Shown here piece after piece: positions 39,099 through 48,512 of a DNA stretch of 64,000 nt. The notes below the pieces were generated by a model. That model searched no databases and was not told the origin of the DNA. It worked only from the letters and a program-made list of their open reading frames with translations. Within the stretch, counting starts at the first letter, position 1. Each line of letters begins with the position of its first letter. Made by a program: the position numbers and the translations under genes. This DNA is from a virus, in the IMG/VR virus record IMGVR_UViG_3300018875_000062, positions 5,730 through 69,729 of that record; one strand, given 5' to 3'.

Positions 39099-39713
39099 TC
39101 AGAAGGTTCTCGCCATCACGAAGGGCCGCAGAAGCCCCTCAGCCTCGGGATGGGGCAGCGTCGAGACCTGTCCCGGCACCCAATAATCGGTTCGCCCAAC
39201 GCCCTCGACCGTCTCGCTCTTGGTGAGCGGGTCGCGCTGGCGGCCGGCAATGATTGCGGAGATGATCAGAACGGTGGCCCGTTCGACCATGACGGGCAGA
39301 TCCCGTCCCTCCTCTCCAGGGAGGATAAAGCCCGCCGTGTAGGTGACATCCGTTGCCCCGTGGCGCCACGCGATGACGCCGCGACCCGAGATCCGTGACA
39401 GCAGTCCGGAACGGGCATCGAGGCGATAATCCGGCGAGGTCAGGGCGATCCCGCCCGAGGTCACGCCCGTGATGGCAACAACGGGCGTTCGGCTTAGGAT
39501 GAGCGGCCCCGCAGCAGACCCGAAGAAACTCTCGGTGACCGTCTCGCGTGCGAAGACGCGGTTGCAGTATTCCGCCACGAGTCCCGACGCTTGGTCGATC
39601 AGGGCCTCAACAGCAGCATCGTTCATCTCAGCCGCCGTGACGCCGGTTTCGGCACGGACGGCCGCGACGGTCGTCAGCCGGGCGCTTTCCGCCGGCGTCA
39701 CAACGGTGATCAT
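39099..39713 (-). CDS. Head-tail connector (gp6-like)
   Basis: LTT...V, LI.QAS.....YCNR.F, YTAGF. Confidence 0.8.
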   Translation of the reverse strand: MITVVTPAESARLTTVAAVRAETGVTAAEMNDAAVEALIDQASGLVAEYCNRVFARETVTESFFGSAAGPLILSRTPVVAITGVTSGGIALTSPDYRLDARSGLLSRISGRGVIAWRHGATDVTYTAGFILPGEEGRDLPVMVERATVLIISAIIAGRQRDPLTKSETVEGVGRTDYWVPGQVSTLPHPEAEGLLRPFVMARTF

Positions 39714-39715
39714 GC

Positions 39716-39961
39716 TTACTTCTCGCCCTTGAGGTTGCGCTCGACGGCTTCGGAGCCGCTCAGCGTCGGGTCGTTGAAGTCGATGCGGTTCTGATCCTCA
39801 GTCGTGTCGGCGCGCGGGTTGTCATCGACAGCGGGATGGGACGGGTCCACATCCGCCACGGTCTGACGGGGCGCGCCCGAAGGGTCGAACTCGGTCGCGG
39901 GTGCGACATTCGCCTTCTTCTGTTCGGTCTCCGTGGTAACGGAGGTCTTTTTGGTAGCCAT
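39716..39961 (-). CDS. Hypothetical phage protein
   Basis: AGGAG RBS, after capsid gene. Confidence 0.7.
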   Translation of the reverse strand: MATKKTSVTTETEQKKANVAPATEFDPSGAPRQTVADVDPSHPAVDDNPRADTTEDQNRIDFNDPTLSGSEAVERNLKGEK

Positions 39962-40001
39962 GGTCTTTCTCCTTCGCGAAAGGGGTGAGAAGCTCACCTA
40001 C

Positions 40002-40027
40002 AAAAAGGGCCCCAAGAAGGGGCCCTG
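40002..40027 (-). terminator. Rho-independent terminator after capsid gene
   Basis: Minus strand AGGGCCCC-TTCTT-GGGGCCCT-TTTT. Confidence 0.8.
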
Positions 40028-40049
40028 ATTGTCGTTATCGTGAGATCGC

Positions 40050-41414
40050 TTAGGCCGCGACCACCAGGGCCCGCATGGGCTCCGGATTGTAGACGCCACC
40101 ACCAACGCGCTTCGTGGTGTAGAAGTGCACGAAGGGCTTGTTGGTGAAGGGGTCGCGCAGGACGCGGATCCCGATGCGGTCCACGACCAGATAGGTCGCG
40201 TCCATATCGCCGTAGAGGGCCGCAATGTTCCCCGCAGCCACCGCCGGCATGTCCGGGATGTCCACGATCTGCTCGCCTGCCAGAGTGGCCGGCTGACCGG
40301 CCGCATAGGAGGGCTGCCAGAGGTAGTTGCCCTGACCGTCCTTCAGCTTGCGCATGGCGGCCTGCGACTGCCGGTTCGTGTAGAGCTTCGCGTTGGCGCG
40401 GAACTCGCCCGGCAGGCTGTAGAACAGGTCGATAAAGCCGTCGGACGTGAATGCGGCGGCGGCGCCACTCTTCACGACTGGGATTGCGCCCCACGGATGG
40501 CGGGCTGCATTGGCCGCACCGGTGACATAGGTCAGGATGCCGTGCGGCTTGTTCACGCCGTCGCCGGACAGGAAGGCGATGCCCTCCTGGCGAGCGAACT
40601 CGGTGTCCACCTCGTCGGCGAGCCACTGCTCGAGATCGATGGCAGCATCGTCCAAGAGCTGCTGCGAGATCGCCGGGTTGGCGTAAATCTCGCCCAGCGG
40701 GAAGTCGAGCTGGCCGATCTGCGGCGTGGAGGTGGCCGGACGAGACGCCGTTTCACCCACCCAGCCGGAGCCGACCGCGCGATCCGTGAACAGCTTCTTG
40801 AAGCCTGCCGTGGTGATCGAGATCACGCGGGCGTTCGCTCGGATCGGGGAGACCTGCTTGAGCTTGCCGGTGATGGTGCGGTCCCATTCCACCGGAGCCA
40901 GGAAGCCACCGTCCGGGTCGGAGCCCTTGGTCATGGCGGCCTGCACGTCGCCCTTCCGCATGTGAGCCTTGAAGGCCTTCACATATTCAGGATCGGCCGG
41001 GATATCGCCAATGCCGCTGCCGCCGAGATTGGCTGCGGCGATCTTGGCGTTGATCTCATCGATCGCTGCCTGGAAGTTGCCGACAGCGCTGTTGATGCGC
41101 TCGACCTTCTCATCGAGAACCACATCAGCCTTGCTGTTCAGCTTTTCTTCGTGGCTCTTCTTGAACTCCTCGAAGGCGTTCTGAAGAGCGGCGATCATGG
41201 CTTTAGGGTCGGTCGTGTCGGCGCGGACGCCGAGCGCCGACACGGCACGCGGGAAGCTGACTGCACCAGCCGCCACAAGGGCGAATGGAGCAACGGCAGA
41301 AACAGAGGAAGCAGCCTGCACGACATCGCCCATGGCGAATGCCGCGTCAGAGATGGAGAACATGGCGGCGGCAGCCAGTGCCGCGACCATGAAGAGGCGA
41401 GCAAAGCGAGACAT
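40050..41414 (-). CDS. Major capsid protein (HK97 fold)
   Basis: DGGFLAP, WVGE, SQQLLDDA, GDG..KP.GIL, KLKD..G.YLWQP, KRVGG. Confidence 0.95.
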   Translation of the reverse strand: MSRFARLFMVAALAAAAMFSISDAAFAMGDVVQAASSVSAVAPFALVAAGAVSFPRAVSALGVRADTTDPKAMIAALQNAFEEFKKSHEEKLNSKADVVLDEKVERINSAVGNFQAAIDEINAKIAAANLGGSGIGDIPADPEYVKAFKAHMRKGDVQAAMTKGSDPDGGFLAPVEWDRTITGKLKQVSPIRANARVISITTAGFKKLFTDRAVGSGWVGETASRPATSTPQIGQLDFPLGEIYANPAISQQLLDDAAIDLEQWLADEVDTEFARQEGIAFLSGDGVNKPHGILTYVTGAANAARHPWGAIPVVKSGAAAAFTSDGFIDLFYSLPGEFRANAKLYTNRQSQAAMRKLKDGQGNYLWQPSYAAGQPATLAGEQIVDIPDMPAVAAGNIAALYGDMDATYLVVDRIGIRVLRDPFTNKPFVHFYTTKRVGGGVYNPEPMRALVVAA

Positions 41415-41427
41415 TTAAGTCCGTCCT

Positions 41428-42306
41428 TTACGATTTCAGGGTTGCAAGAAGCCCGGCCAGGCCGGAGTAGATTTCGCCGTCAGCGCCTGGCGTGACAGCA
41501 AGGTCAATGGCAGCGCCGGGCGTGCCCTTGATCTTGTTGATGCGAGCCCGCGCCTCAGAGCGCGACAGACCCGCAGAAACGAGTTGCAGTTCCATGGCCC
41601 GCAGATCGTTGACCTGCCGGTCCTTGGCCTTGGCGTCCTCATCCGTCGTGATAGCGTCGGCCGGGAGCAAGGCGTCCGCGAAGCCGCGATCAATCGCTTG
41701 GGAACCGGACATGAACGTCTCGGCATCCATCCACTTCGCGATATCCTCGGGCTTCTGTCCGGAGCGGGCTGCGTAGAGGTCGACCATGGCCTGATCGAAC
41801 GGCGCCAGCCATTCGGCGGTCTCGGCCATGTCGTGGCGGTTGCCGATGGCCAGCACCCAACAATTGTGGATCATGATGAAGGATGCGGCACCAATCTCGA
41901 TAGTGTCGCCGGCCATGGCGATGATAGACGCTGCCGACGCAGCCATGCCCATGACCTTGACCGTGATCGGCTGAGGGTGTTCGCGCAGGACGTTGTAGAT
42001 CGCGATACCCTCGAACATGTCGCCACCGGGCGAATTGATCTGGATCTCGACGGGACGGTCGCCGATGGCTCGGAGTTGCGAAGCGACCTTCTTGGCGGTG
42101 ACACCGCCGCCAGTCCAGTAGTCCTCGCCTATGGTATCGAACATGGTGATAACGTTGTCACCCATGCTCACGGCGCGTACACCGGCAGCATCTTCGGCCC
42201 AGCGGTCGAACACCTGCGGCTTTGTGAACGCATGAACGTCCTGGCGCACGGGCAATGGCATCGCGCTTGGCCGTGCCATGGCAAAAACCTTCAGGTTACG
42301 CGGCAT
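41428..42306 (-). CDS. ClpP-like prohead maturation protease
   Basis: INSPGGD, MAASAASII, IMIHN, MDAETFM. Confidence 0.93.
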   Translation of the reverse strand: MPRNLKVFAMARPSAMPLPVRQDVHAFTKPQVFDRWAEDAAGVRAVSMGDNVITMFDTIGEDYWTGGGVTAKKVASQLRAIGDRPVEIQINSPGGDMFEGIAIYNVLREHPQPITVKVMGMAASAASIIAMAGDTIEIGAASFIMIHNCWVLAIGNRHDMAETAEWLAPFDQAMVDLYAARSGQKPEDIAKWMDAETFMSGSQAIDRGFADALLPADAITTDEDAKAKDRQVNDLRAMELQLVSAGLSRSEARARINKIKGTPGAAIDLAVTPGADGEIYSGLAGLLATLKS

Positions 42307-43588
42307 TGCTACCACCTCCATCAGCAGGCACCGTCTGGCCCGCTTTCTGTGTCATGGGATTCAGGAGTCCTTTGCCGTCCGGATGCTCGGGCATGTCGAG
42401 CATGTCGCGGACCTCGTTCGCTTCCATCCATGGCTTGTGGCCGCCGGCGCCGAGCGCCTTGGCGAAGAACTCGCCCTGATCCTTCATCGACCCGCGCAGA
42501 AGCGCGCCAGCATTGAACTTGGCCTCGTATTCGTCCTTCTCTTTACCCACGAGAAGAGACCGCTCGATGGCCTGCTGCCAGGCCTCGAACCATGGATTGA
42601 GCGCATAACGGACGAAAAACTGCCCCAGAACGTCGATGCCGGATCCCCATGAGGTCTCATCGACCATCAACAGGGGCCGCGGGATGCCGAACACGCGGGC
42701 GATCTCCTCGACCTGGCGGGCTCGCGTCTCGTTCGACTGCGCATCCTTCGGACTCGGACCTATCGGCTTGTATTCAAGGCCTTCTTCAAGGATGGGCGTC
42801 TGTCCGGCATTCGCCGCGCCGCCATACCGCGCCTGCCATGAGGCCAGAAGCCGCTCATAGGCGGTATCGCTCAAGGACTTTTCGGTCCGGAGCGTGCCGT
42901 CCACGAAACTGCCGTTCTTGAACACCCGGCCGAGCGCGAGGTCGGCAGCCAAGGCGAGCCCAATGGCGTCACGAGCCATCTGCACGAGCGAAATTCCGTT
43001 CAATCCGTCAATGGACAGACCACGCAGATGAAAGACCTCTTCCGGCTTCAGGATGCGCTTGCCGCCCTTCGGCGGCTGATATTCATAATGGATCGACCAA
43101 TCATCGTTCTGGACGATCTTCACCCAATCCGGGTTGAGCGGCACGAGCCGAGCAATTTTGTCGGTCCCGGCCCTGATGTCACGCGACCGGACGATAAGGG
43201 CATAGCCATTACCCTTCACCAAAGCCCGGAACTGCATCAGGCTCCGGAAATCGAAGGCCGTCTGCCAGTTGTTCGGCTCCCGGTGCAGAAGCCGGAACAG
43301 CCGGTGATCGGCGGCCTTTTCCTTGGTCTCGCTCCGAATGAGGTGCAGCGGCAGCATGCCGATGGCATTCGAGATCAGGCTTACCGAGCGGAAGACGGCG
43401 GGGTTCTCAAGTGCCCGCTTGACGTTGACCGTCACACCGGAGGACGACTCCGGTCCATCTCGCAGAAAATCCAGGAGCCCCGGGTCATCAAGGGAATAGT
43501 ATTCAATCGCCGCACGAGGTTGCCCGCTCGGCTGCGCAACCGATGCCGCGGCGCTCTGGCGAGGCCTGAAGAAATCGAGGAAGCCCAT
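42296..43588 (-). CDS. Portal protein (HK97 family)
   Basis: EPN.WQT, GNGY, VFHLRG..DG..GIS, LEEG, EEIARVFG.P, NEVR. Confidence 0.95.
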   Translation of the reverse strand: MGFLDFFRPRQSAAASVAQPSGQPRAAIEYYSLDDPGLLDFLRDGPESSSGVTVNVKRALENPAVFRSVSLISNAIGMLPLHLIRSETKEKAADHRLFRLLHREPNNWQTAFDFRSLMQFRALVKGNGYALIVRSRDIRAGTDKIARLVPLNPDWVKIVQNDDWSIHYEYQPPKGGKRILKPEEVFHLRGLSIDGLNGISLVQMARDAIGLALAADLALGRVFKNGSFVDGTLRTEKSLSDTAYERLLASWQARYGGAANAGQTPILEEGLEYKPIGPSPKDAQSNETRARQVEEIARVFGIPRPLLMVDETSWGSGIDVLGQFFVRYALNPWFEAWQQAIERSLLVGKEKDEYEAKFNAGALLRGSMKDQGEFFAKALGAGGHKPWMEANEVRDMLDMPEHPDGKGLLNPMTQKAGQTVPADGGGSNAA

Positions 43589-43593
43589 CAGCC

Positions 43594-45270
43594 TCATACC
43601 ATCCGGATGCCGCGGCTCTCATAGACGCTAGGGCCTTGAGCCGCTGGGTTCTTGCTCATCAGAGCCACCGCGTTGAAAGTCGCCATCAGCGGGTCGATCT
43701 TGGCCGAGCCCGCCACCTGCTTCGTGATCGTGATGGCGTTGCCCTTGGGCTCCACCTTTGCATTTCCGACCGCCCAGGCCATGAGACGCTGACCGCAATG
43801 GGTCAGATCCCCGCTTGCCAGCTTCACCTCGGTCGTCTTGATGGCGCCCTGGAGCTGGTAGCCCTGCGAGACGCCGACAACCCGGTCCTGTCCCTCGATG
43901 CCCTCGGCCGCCATCGCGTCCACGATCATGCCGACGCCCATAGGGTCCAAGCCCACCGTCGCGAGCTTGCCGGTCTCGTTGATCGCGGCCACCCGGCTCG
44001 CCACATCGGCGAACGCATCGCGCATGTCGTCAACGACCGTCAGATCCTTGTCATTCTCGAAGTCCCGCAGGAGCGGCGCAGTGTCCTTCCGGCGCTCCAG
44101 AACGAGCTCGTGTGCCCAGGCGTGGGACCAGTGCAGCCATTCCCGTGTCACGGCATCCCGCCCGATCACGGACATGGCCAGAAGGTCGTCCAGGCCGCCA
44201 CCGTCGATGCCGACCGTCACCACTTCAGACCGTTCAAGCAGGGCATCTAGCGTCAGGTCCGGATTCCCCTGCCCTTCCCAATAATCCGCCCCGATCCACC
44301 GGTCTGAGCGGAGCGAAAGCCCGATCTCGACATTCAGATGTTTGGACAGGAAGCCCCGCAGGGACTCCTCGCCGGTCTGCGCGGCCTTGTCGAACTCCCG
44401 TTCCAGGAACTCCACGTCGACCGAAGCCCCAAGGTTGGGGTTCGTGACGTAGAAGTTCGCCTTCTCCTTGTGCGCGCCAGCGTCGAGCATCCCCTTGGGG
44501 AACTCATACAGGACCGGCAGGAACCGCTTGTCCTTGATCAGCCCGTCGCGCACGCCGCGCGCATAGTTCAATTTCTGCCGGAATACGCCCGCCGGCGGGT
44601 CGTCCGATTGCGTCGTAGCATAGATCACGAAGCCTTCAGGGCGTGACGCCAGACCGCCGATGGCCTCCCGCAGCATGTTCTCCGCATTCGCGCGCTTGCC
44701 GAAGAGCCAGAGCTCGTCAATCAGCGTGCCGATGGCCTTCTTGCCCGACACCGTGTCGCTGTCGGCAGCGACCACCTTCAAGGTCGCCTTCGTCTGCCGG
44801 TGGGTGATCGTCCGGATGTGCTCCTGAACGTGCAGGAGGTCGTTCAACTCGTCGTCGGCCCGGATCATGTCCCGCGCCGGGAAGAAGCTGTTGTTCGCCA
44901 CCTCGATCGTCGGCGCGATGATCTGGAACTCACCGCTCGAGCGCCAATTGCGGAGCAGCGCTGTCATCATGATGCCCGAAGCGCCGGTCGACTTGGCATT
45001 CTTCTTGCTGATCAGCAGGAAGTATTCCGTGATCAGCCGGCGGCCAGTCTCCGCGTCGTAGGATCCGAAGATCGCCGCCACGAAGTCCTTGAGCCAAGGC
45101 ATCGCCGCCTTGCCCATTGTCGGGCTACCAGGCGCGTCCACGATCCGAAGCTGGTTGAAGACGCTGAGAGCCGCCTCGGCCTCCGCAGGGAACAACGGAG
45201 CGAATGGGATCAGGCTCTCACGATTGACGATCCTCCTCTCCCAATCCGGGCAGGCTGTTGTCCACTCCAT
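43594..45270 (-). CDS. Terminase large subunit
   Basis: KKNAKST Walker A, IDELW, GIDGGGLDD, KIDPLMA. Confidence 0.95.
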   Translation of the reverse strand: MEWTTACPDWERRIVNRESLIPFAPLFPAEAEAALSVFNQLRIVDAPGSPTMGKAAMPWLKDFVAAIFGSYDAETGRRLITEYFLLISKKNAKSTGASGIMMTALLRNWRSSGEFQIIAPTIEVANNSFFPARDMIRADDELNDLLHVQEHIRTITHRQTKATLKVVAADSDTVSGKKAIGTLIDELWLFGKRANAENMLREAIGGLASRPEGFVIYATTQSDDPPAGVFRQKLNYARGVRDGLIKDKRFLPVLYEFPKGMLDAGAHKEKANFYVTNPNLGASVDVEFLEREFDKAAQTGEESLRGFLSKHLNVEIGLSLRSDRWIGADYWEGQGNPDLTLDALLERSEVVTVGIDGGGLDDLLAMSVIGRDAVTREWLHWSHAWAHELVLERRKDTAPLLRDFENDKDLTVVDDMRDAFADVASRVAAINETGKLATVGLDPMGVGMIVDAMAAEGIEGQDRVVGVSQGYQLQGAIKTTEVKLASGDLTHCGQRLMAWAVGNAKVEPKGNAITITKQVAGSAKIDPLMATFNAVALMSKNPAAQGPSVYESRGIRMV

Positions 45271-45273
45271 GGG

Positions 45274-45822
45274 TTACTTGTTGTCCACGACGAGCTTCGG
45301 GGGAGCCGGCGGGGCAAACTTGCCCCTCGCTGCCTCTCTGGCGGCGTCCTCACGCTGCTCTTTCTTGCCCTTCTCGCCCTCGACATCCTTCAGAGCACCC
45401 AAAGCCTGAGCAATCGTCTTGAGCGTCATGGATCGAGCCGGAAGGCTGACCGCCCTCATCATCGCGGTGCGACGGCGCGTGTTCGCGTCCTCATGCGTCT
45501 CGTCTTCGATGAGATCCTCGATCTCCCCGATATGCGATGTGGTCGCGTCCAGCTCATCCAGGAGCCGAAGAGCCAAATCCCGCCCGATCTTGAGAGGGTC
45601 TGTCTGACGCCCCTCTCCGATCGCCCGAAACTCTCGAATTGGCGGGAGGATCGTTGCTACTGGACGGTGCGCAGTAGGCTTCTCGGTGCGCACCCATCCT
45701 TCAGCCGCAGCCTTCTTTCGAATAGCCGACTCCGACACACCGTATTTCTTCGCAATCTGGCGATTTGAAAGGGATCCAGCGCGATAGGCGCTCTCGATCT
45801 CCTGCCAGTTTTTCTTGCTCAT
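45274..45822 (-). CDS. Terminase small subunit
   Basis: N-terminal HTH (W..IE..YRAG..S.RQIA..YGVS..AIRK), upstream of TerL. Confidence 0.85.
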   Translation of the reverse strand: MSKKNWQEIESAYRAGSLSNRQIAKKYGVSESAIRKKAAAEGWVRTEKPTAHRPVATILPPIREFRAIGEGRQTDPLKIGRDLALRLLDELDATTSHIGEIEDLIEDETHEDANTRRRTAMMRAVSLPARSMTLKTIAQALGALKDVEGEKGKKEQREDAAREAARGKFAPPAPPKLVVDNK

Positions 45823-45829
45823 TATCCTG

Positions 45830-45943
45830 TCGCGCACCTGAAAGTGCGCACCTCAAACGCTCCAGAGGGGAAATTTTCCGCGCGTGCGCCCCCGGCCGGT
45901 TGTCGCCCCCAGGGATGTTACAGACTTTCGATGCCCCCGCCCC
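45830..45943. other. Probable cos packaging region
   Basis: Intergenic between HNH and terS, GC-rich core with GCGCACC repeats. Positional inference from HK97-like phages. Confidence 0.45.
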
Positions 45944-46309
45944 TCATCGTGCGAGGCGTCTGGCCTTCTCGTCTGCCGTCTTCCTGTTGTGGCAGGGCAA
46001 GCACATCAGCTTGATGTTCGCCCTATCGAGGGGAGCGCCGCCGTCCTTCAGTTCCTTGATGTGATCGCCAATGATGCGGAGCGGTTTGCCCTTGTGATCG
46101 TGGGATCGTCCGCACTCCTCACAGGCGTTGCCTCTCTCTCGCTTGATGGCTGCGACCAGACCCCGCCATGCGGGGGACAGGTAGAACTCATCTGCTGTCT
46201 TAGGTGGGAGTTTGGCCACCCTCATGTCGAGGGGAGTGAGAGACGGACCAATGGTCTTGAGCGGAGCTCGCTCACGTGGCCTGTGCTTGAGGTCTAGGGG
46301 CTTGGGCAT
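45944..46309 (-). CDS. Terminase-associated HNH endonuclease
   Basis: FY.S..W, CEECG, DHI, N...MC..CHN.KT. Confidence 0.9.
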   Translation of the reverse strand: MPKPLDLKHRPRERAPLKTIGPSLTPLDMRVAKLPPKTADEFYLSPAWRGLVAAIKRERGNACEECGRSHDHKGKPLRIIGDHIKELKDGGAPLDRANIKLMCLPCHNRKTADEKARRLAR

Positions 46310-46405
46310 TCAGTTTGAGGTGGGTTTCCACAGTTGACGTATGGCGAACGCGTTGCAGCCCACTCAAGCGACGCGCATGCTTCTGATCTCGGTAGGGAGA
46401 AGAGC

Positions 46406-46675
46406 ATGGAACAGAGAACGTTCGGGATCCAACGTTACAAATATTGCAGGCACGATGGGGTCTTGGAAAGAGCGGAAGCACAGACCCACATTCAAGCGCT
46501 AGACAGATACCATCTGGGCGGGGTCACAGAGTACACGTCATACCAGCCTAAGCTGCGCAATGATCTTCGCGCCAAAGTATGGGATGGTTCCGACATACGC
46601 TGGTACTACTCTAAGCGTTCGGAACGACTCCCTAAGCAGCGGATACTCAGGCCAAGTGAATGTCTCGGGCGATGA
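46406..46675 (+). CDS. Hypothetical moron protein
   Basis: GGAG RBS, 89 aa. Confidence 0.5.
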   Translation: MEQRTFGIQRYKYCRHDGVLERAEAQTHIQALDRYHLGGVTEYTSYQPKLRNDLRAKVWDGSDIRWYYSKRSERLPKQRILRPSECLGR

Positions 46676-46891
46676 TCCGAAGCTGATCCCGCAGCATCTC
46701 GGATAGCTGCAATTCCGTCTGGTTTTCCCTGAGTGTCAGGGTGAGGAAGCGGTAGAGAATGTCCATAGGGCTACGTTATTACGCATAAGGAGGCTGGCTC
46801 GGCTCCATCGAGTGCTGGTTCCCCGCGACCCTGCTGGATATTGTCCAGCTTGTCCGAAAGGGGTAAGGCACTGGCGGAGTCGGGCAAGTTC

Positions 46892-47110
46892 ATGATCCAG
46901 AAACTTCCTTCAATCGACCATTCGGTCTCGTTGCACGCTTATCGTGCCTACCTGCTCAATGAGCAGGGTCGCTTTATGAACGTGATTGAGCTCTTCTGCC
47001 GGGATGACGAGGATGCGATTGAGCAGGCCCGTCGTCTTGCCAATGATCATGCCGTGGAAATCTGGGAGCGGGATCGGAAGGTAGCGCTCATCCCAGCATC
47101 TAACTCCTGA
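46892..47110 (+). CDS. Hypothetical protein
   Basis: YRAYLL..QG......L.C.DD.DA...AR......VEIW..DR.V pattern typical of small rhizobial proteins. Confidence 0.55.
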   Translation: MIQKLPSIDHSVSLHAYRAYLLNEQGRFMNVIELFCRDDEDAIEQARRLANDHAVEIWERDRKVALIPASNS

Positions 47111-47278
47111 ACAGCCCCAGCCTCTCGGTCATGCTCTCTTCCACGTAGAGGTTCGGGGTCACCCCTTGTTAACCCAGGCAGGATAGCTTTTCCGCTACCG
47201 AGGGTTGCCTTCATCCTTCATAACCGCTAGCTAGGCGGCCATTCGACCAGATAATTCATCCACTTCGGAGGAGCCGGA

Positions 47279-47509
47279 ATGCCCCACGAAGCGTATTGCG
47301 TTAGGTATCGTAACCGTCGCTGGTTTGTTTTCCAAGGTGGCCGGGAAATTGGTGCCTTCCATTTCCGGATCAGAGCCCTTGAGTTCGCTGTTACCACAGC
47401 CTGCCACCCCAATAAGACCGACCTACAGAACGTTTATGTGCTCGATCAGGATGGCTCTTTCTATACAGCCTGGAACTGCGCCCGAGATCTGATCACTCTC
47501 CAAGCCTAG
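47279..47509 (+). CDS. Hypothetical protein
   Basis: GGAGGAG RBS, 76 aa. Confidence 0.55.
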   Translation: MPHEAYCVRYRNRRWFVFQGGREIGAFHFRIRALEFAVTTACHPNKTDLQNVYVLDQDGSFYTAWNCARDLITLQA

Positions 47510-47663
47510 CAGTTACTTACCGCAGCAGCCTCAGCCTCTCGGCAATGTCCTCTTCCACATACTGGTGAGGAGCGATCTCTACCATGGTCGCTCCATCATC
47601 GGAGCGGATGTAGGTCTTGCGGGTTTTGGGCATCTATTTCGGAACTAGTCGGGAAGTACGCAA

Positions 47664-47690
47664 TTGACGCACTGTAGCTTATACGCTACA
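47664..47690 (+). promoter_or_regulatory. TA operon promoter with palindromic operator
   Basis: TTGACG -35 followed by TGTAGC-N6-GCTACA inverted repeat. Confidence 0.6.
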
Positions 47691-47718
47691 AACGTACTTA
47701 GTTACGACGTAAGCAAAT

Positions 47719-48009
47719 ATGATCGAGATCAGAGAAACAGCCGAGTTCACGAAGTGGATGAAATCCCTTCGTGACACTGTGGCAAAGGCGAAGATCGCCT
47801 CTCGTATTCGCCGCTTAGCCTACGGCAACCCCGGCGATGTTAAGCCTGTAGGTCAAGGCGTTAGCGAGATGCGGATCGACCACGGGCCCGGATACCGGGT
47901 CTATTTCGTGGGTCGCGGCGATACTTTGATCGTGATCCTTTGCGGGGGCGATAAGTCAACCCAACAGGCTGATATCGATCGGGCTATTGGGTTGGCGGGA
48001 GAGCTTTAG
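47719..48009 (+). CDS. RelE/ParE-superfamily addiction module toxin (HigB-like)
   Basis: F..W...LRD..A...I..RI.RL..GN.GD.KPVG.GVSEMRID.GPGYRVYF, LCGGDKSTQ. Confidence 0.93.
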   Translation: MIEIRETAEFTKWMKSLRDTVAKAKIASRIRRLAYGNPGDVKPVGQGVSEMRIDHGPGYRVYFVGRGDTLIVILCGGDKSTQQADIDRAIGLAGEL

Positions 48010-48020
48010 AGGGATAGCTG

Positions 48021-48332
48021 ATGGCCTTAGAAACGCGTCCATTTGATCCAGCAGAATACCTAGACGACAAAGAAGCCCTGGCTGCCTACCTGACCGAAGC
48101 CTTCGAAACCGGAGATCCTGCTTTCATCAGTGACTCTCTCGGGGTGGTTGCGCGCGCCATCGGCATGTCGAGTATCGCTAGGAACACAGGGCTTTCACGA
48201 GAGAGCCTCTATCGAGCGCTAAGCCCGGAAGGGAATCCTGAGTTCAGTACCGTTCTCAAGGTGATGGAAGCTCTTGGCATGGAGATCAAAGCAGTTCCTG
48301 CTCACGAGAAGCACCATCCAGAAGCGGCCTAA
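48021..48332 (+). CDS. Addiction module antidote (HTH antitoxin)
   Basis: FDPAEYL, LG.VARA.GMS.IA..TGLSRESLYRALS..GNP.F.T. Confidence 0.93.
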   Translation: MALETRPFDPAEYLDDKEALAAYLTEAFETGDPAFISDSLGVVARAIGMSSIARNTGLSRESLYRALSPEGNPEFSTVLKVMEALGMEIKAVPAHEKHHPEAA

Positions 48333-48337
48333 CTACT

Positions 48338-48368
48338 AAAAAGCCCCGCGCGATTATCTCGCCGGGGC
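48338..48368 (-). terminator. Rho-independent terminator in the late transcription direction (tR'-like)
   Basis: Minus strand GCCCCG GCGA..TCGC GCGGGGC TTTTT. Confidence 0.7.
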
Positions 48369-48512
48369 ACCTGCCTAAAGCTAACGCACTCCGGGTGAAA
48401 GTCACCAAGAGTGCGTCTGTGCTTGTATAACTATATTAAGAGGCCTGCGGTTTCAAGAGTCTAGCAGGGTTATCCACGGCGCTCGGAGCCCGCAAATTCA
48501 CCTCCCGGGAAC

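Noticed and set aside
30670-45768. Long plus-strand ORFs across the structural region (e.g. 30670-32178, 36731-37891, 40125-41495)
   Set aside because: Antisense to clear phage structural genes, with no motifs
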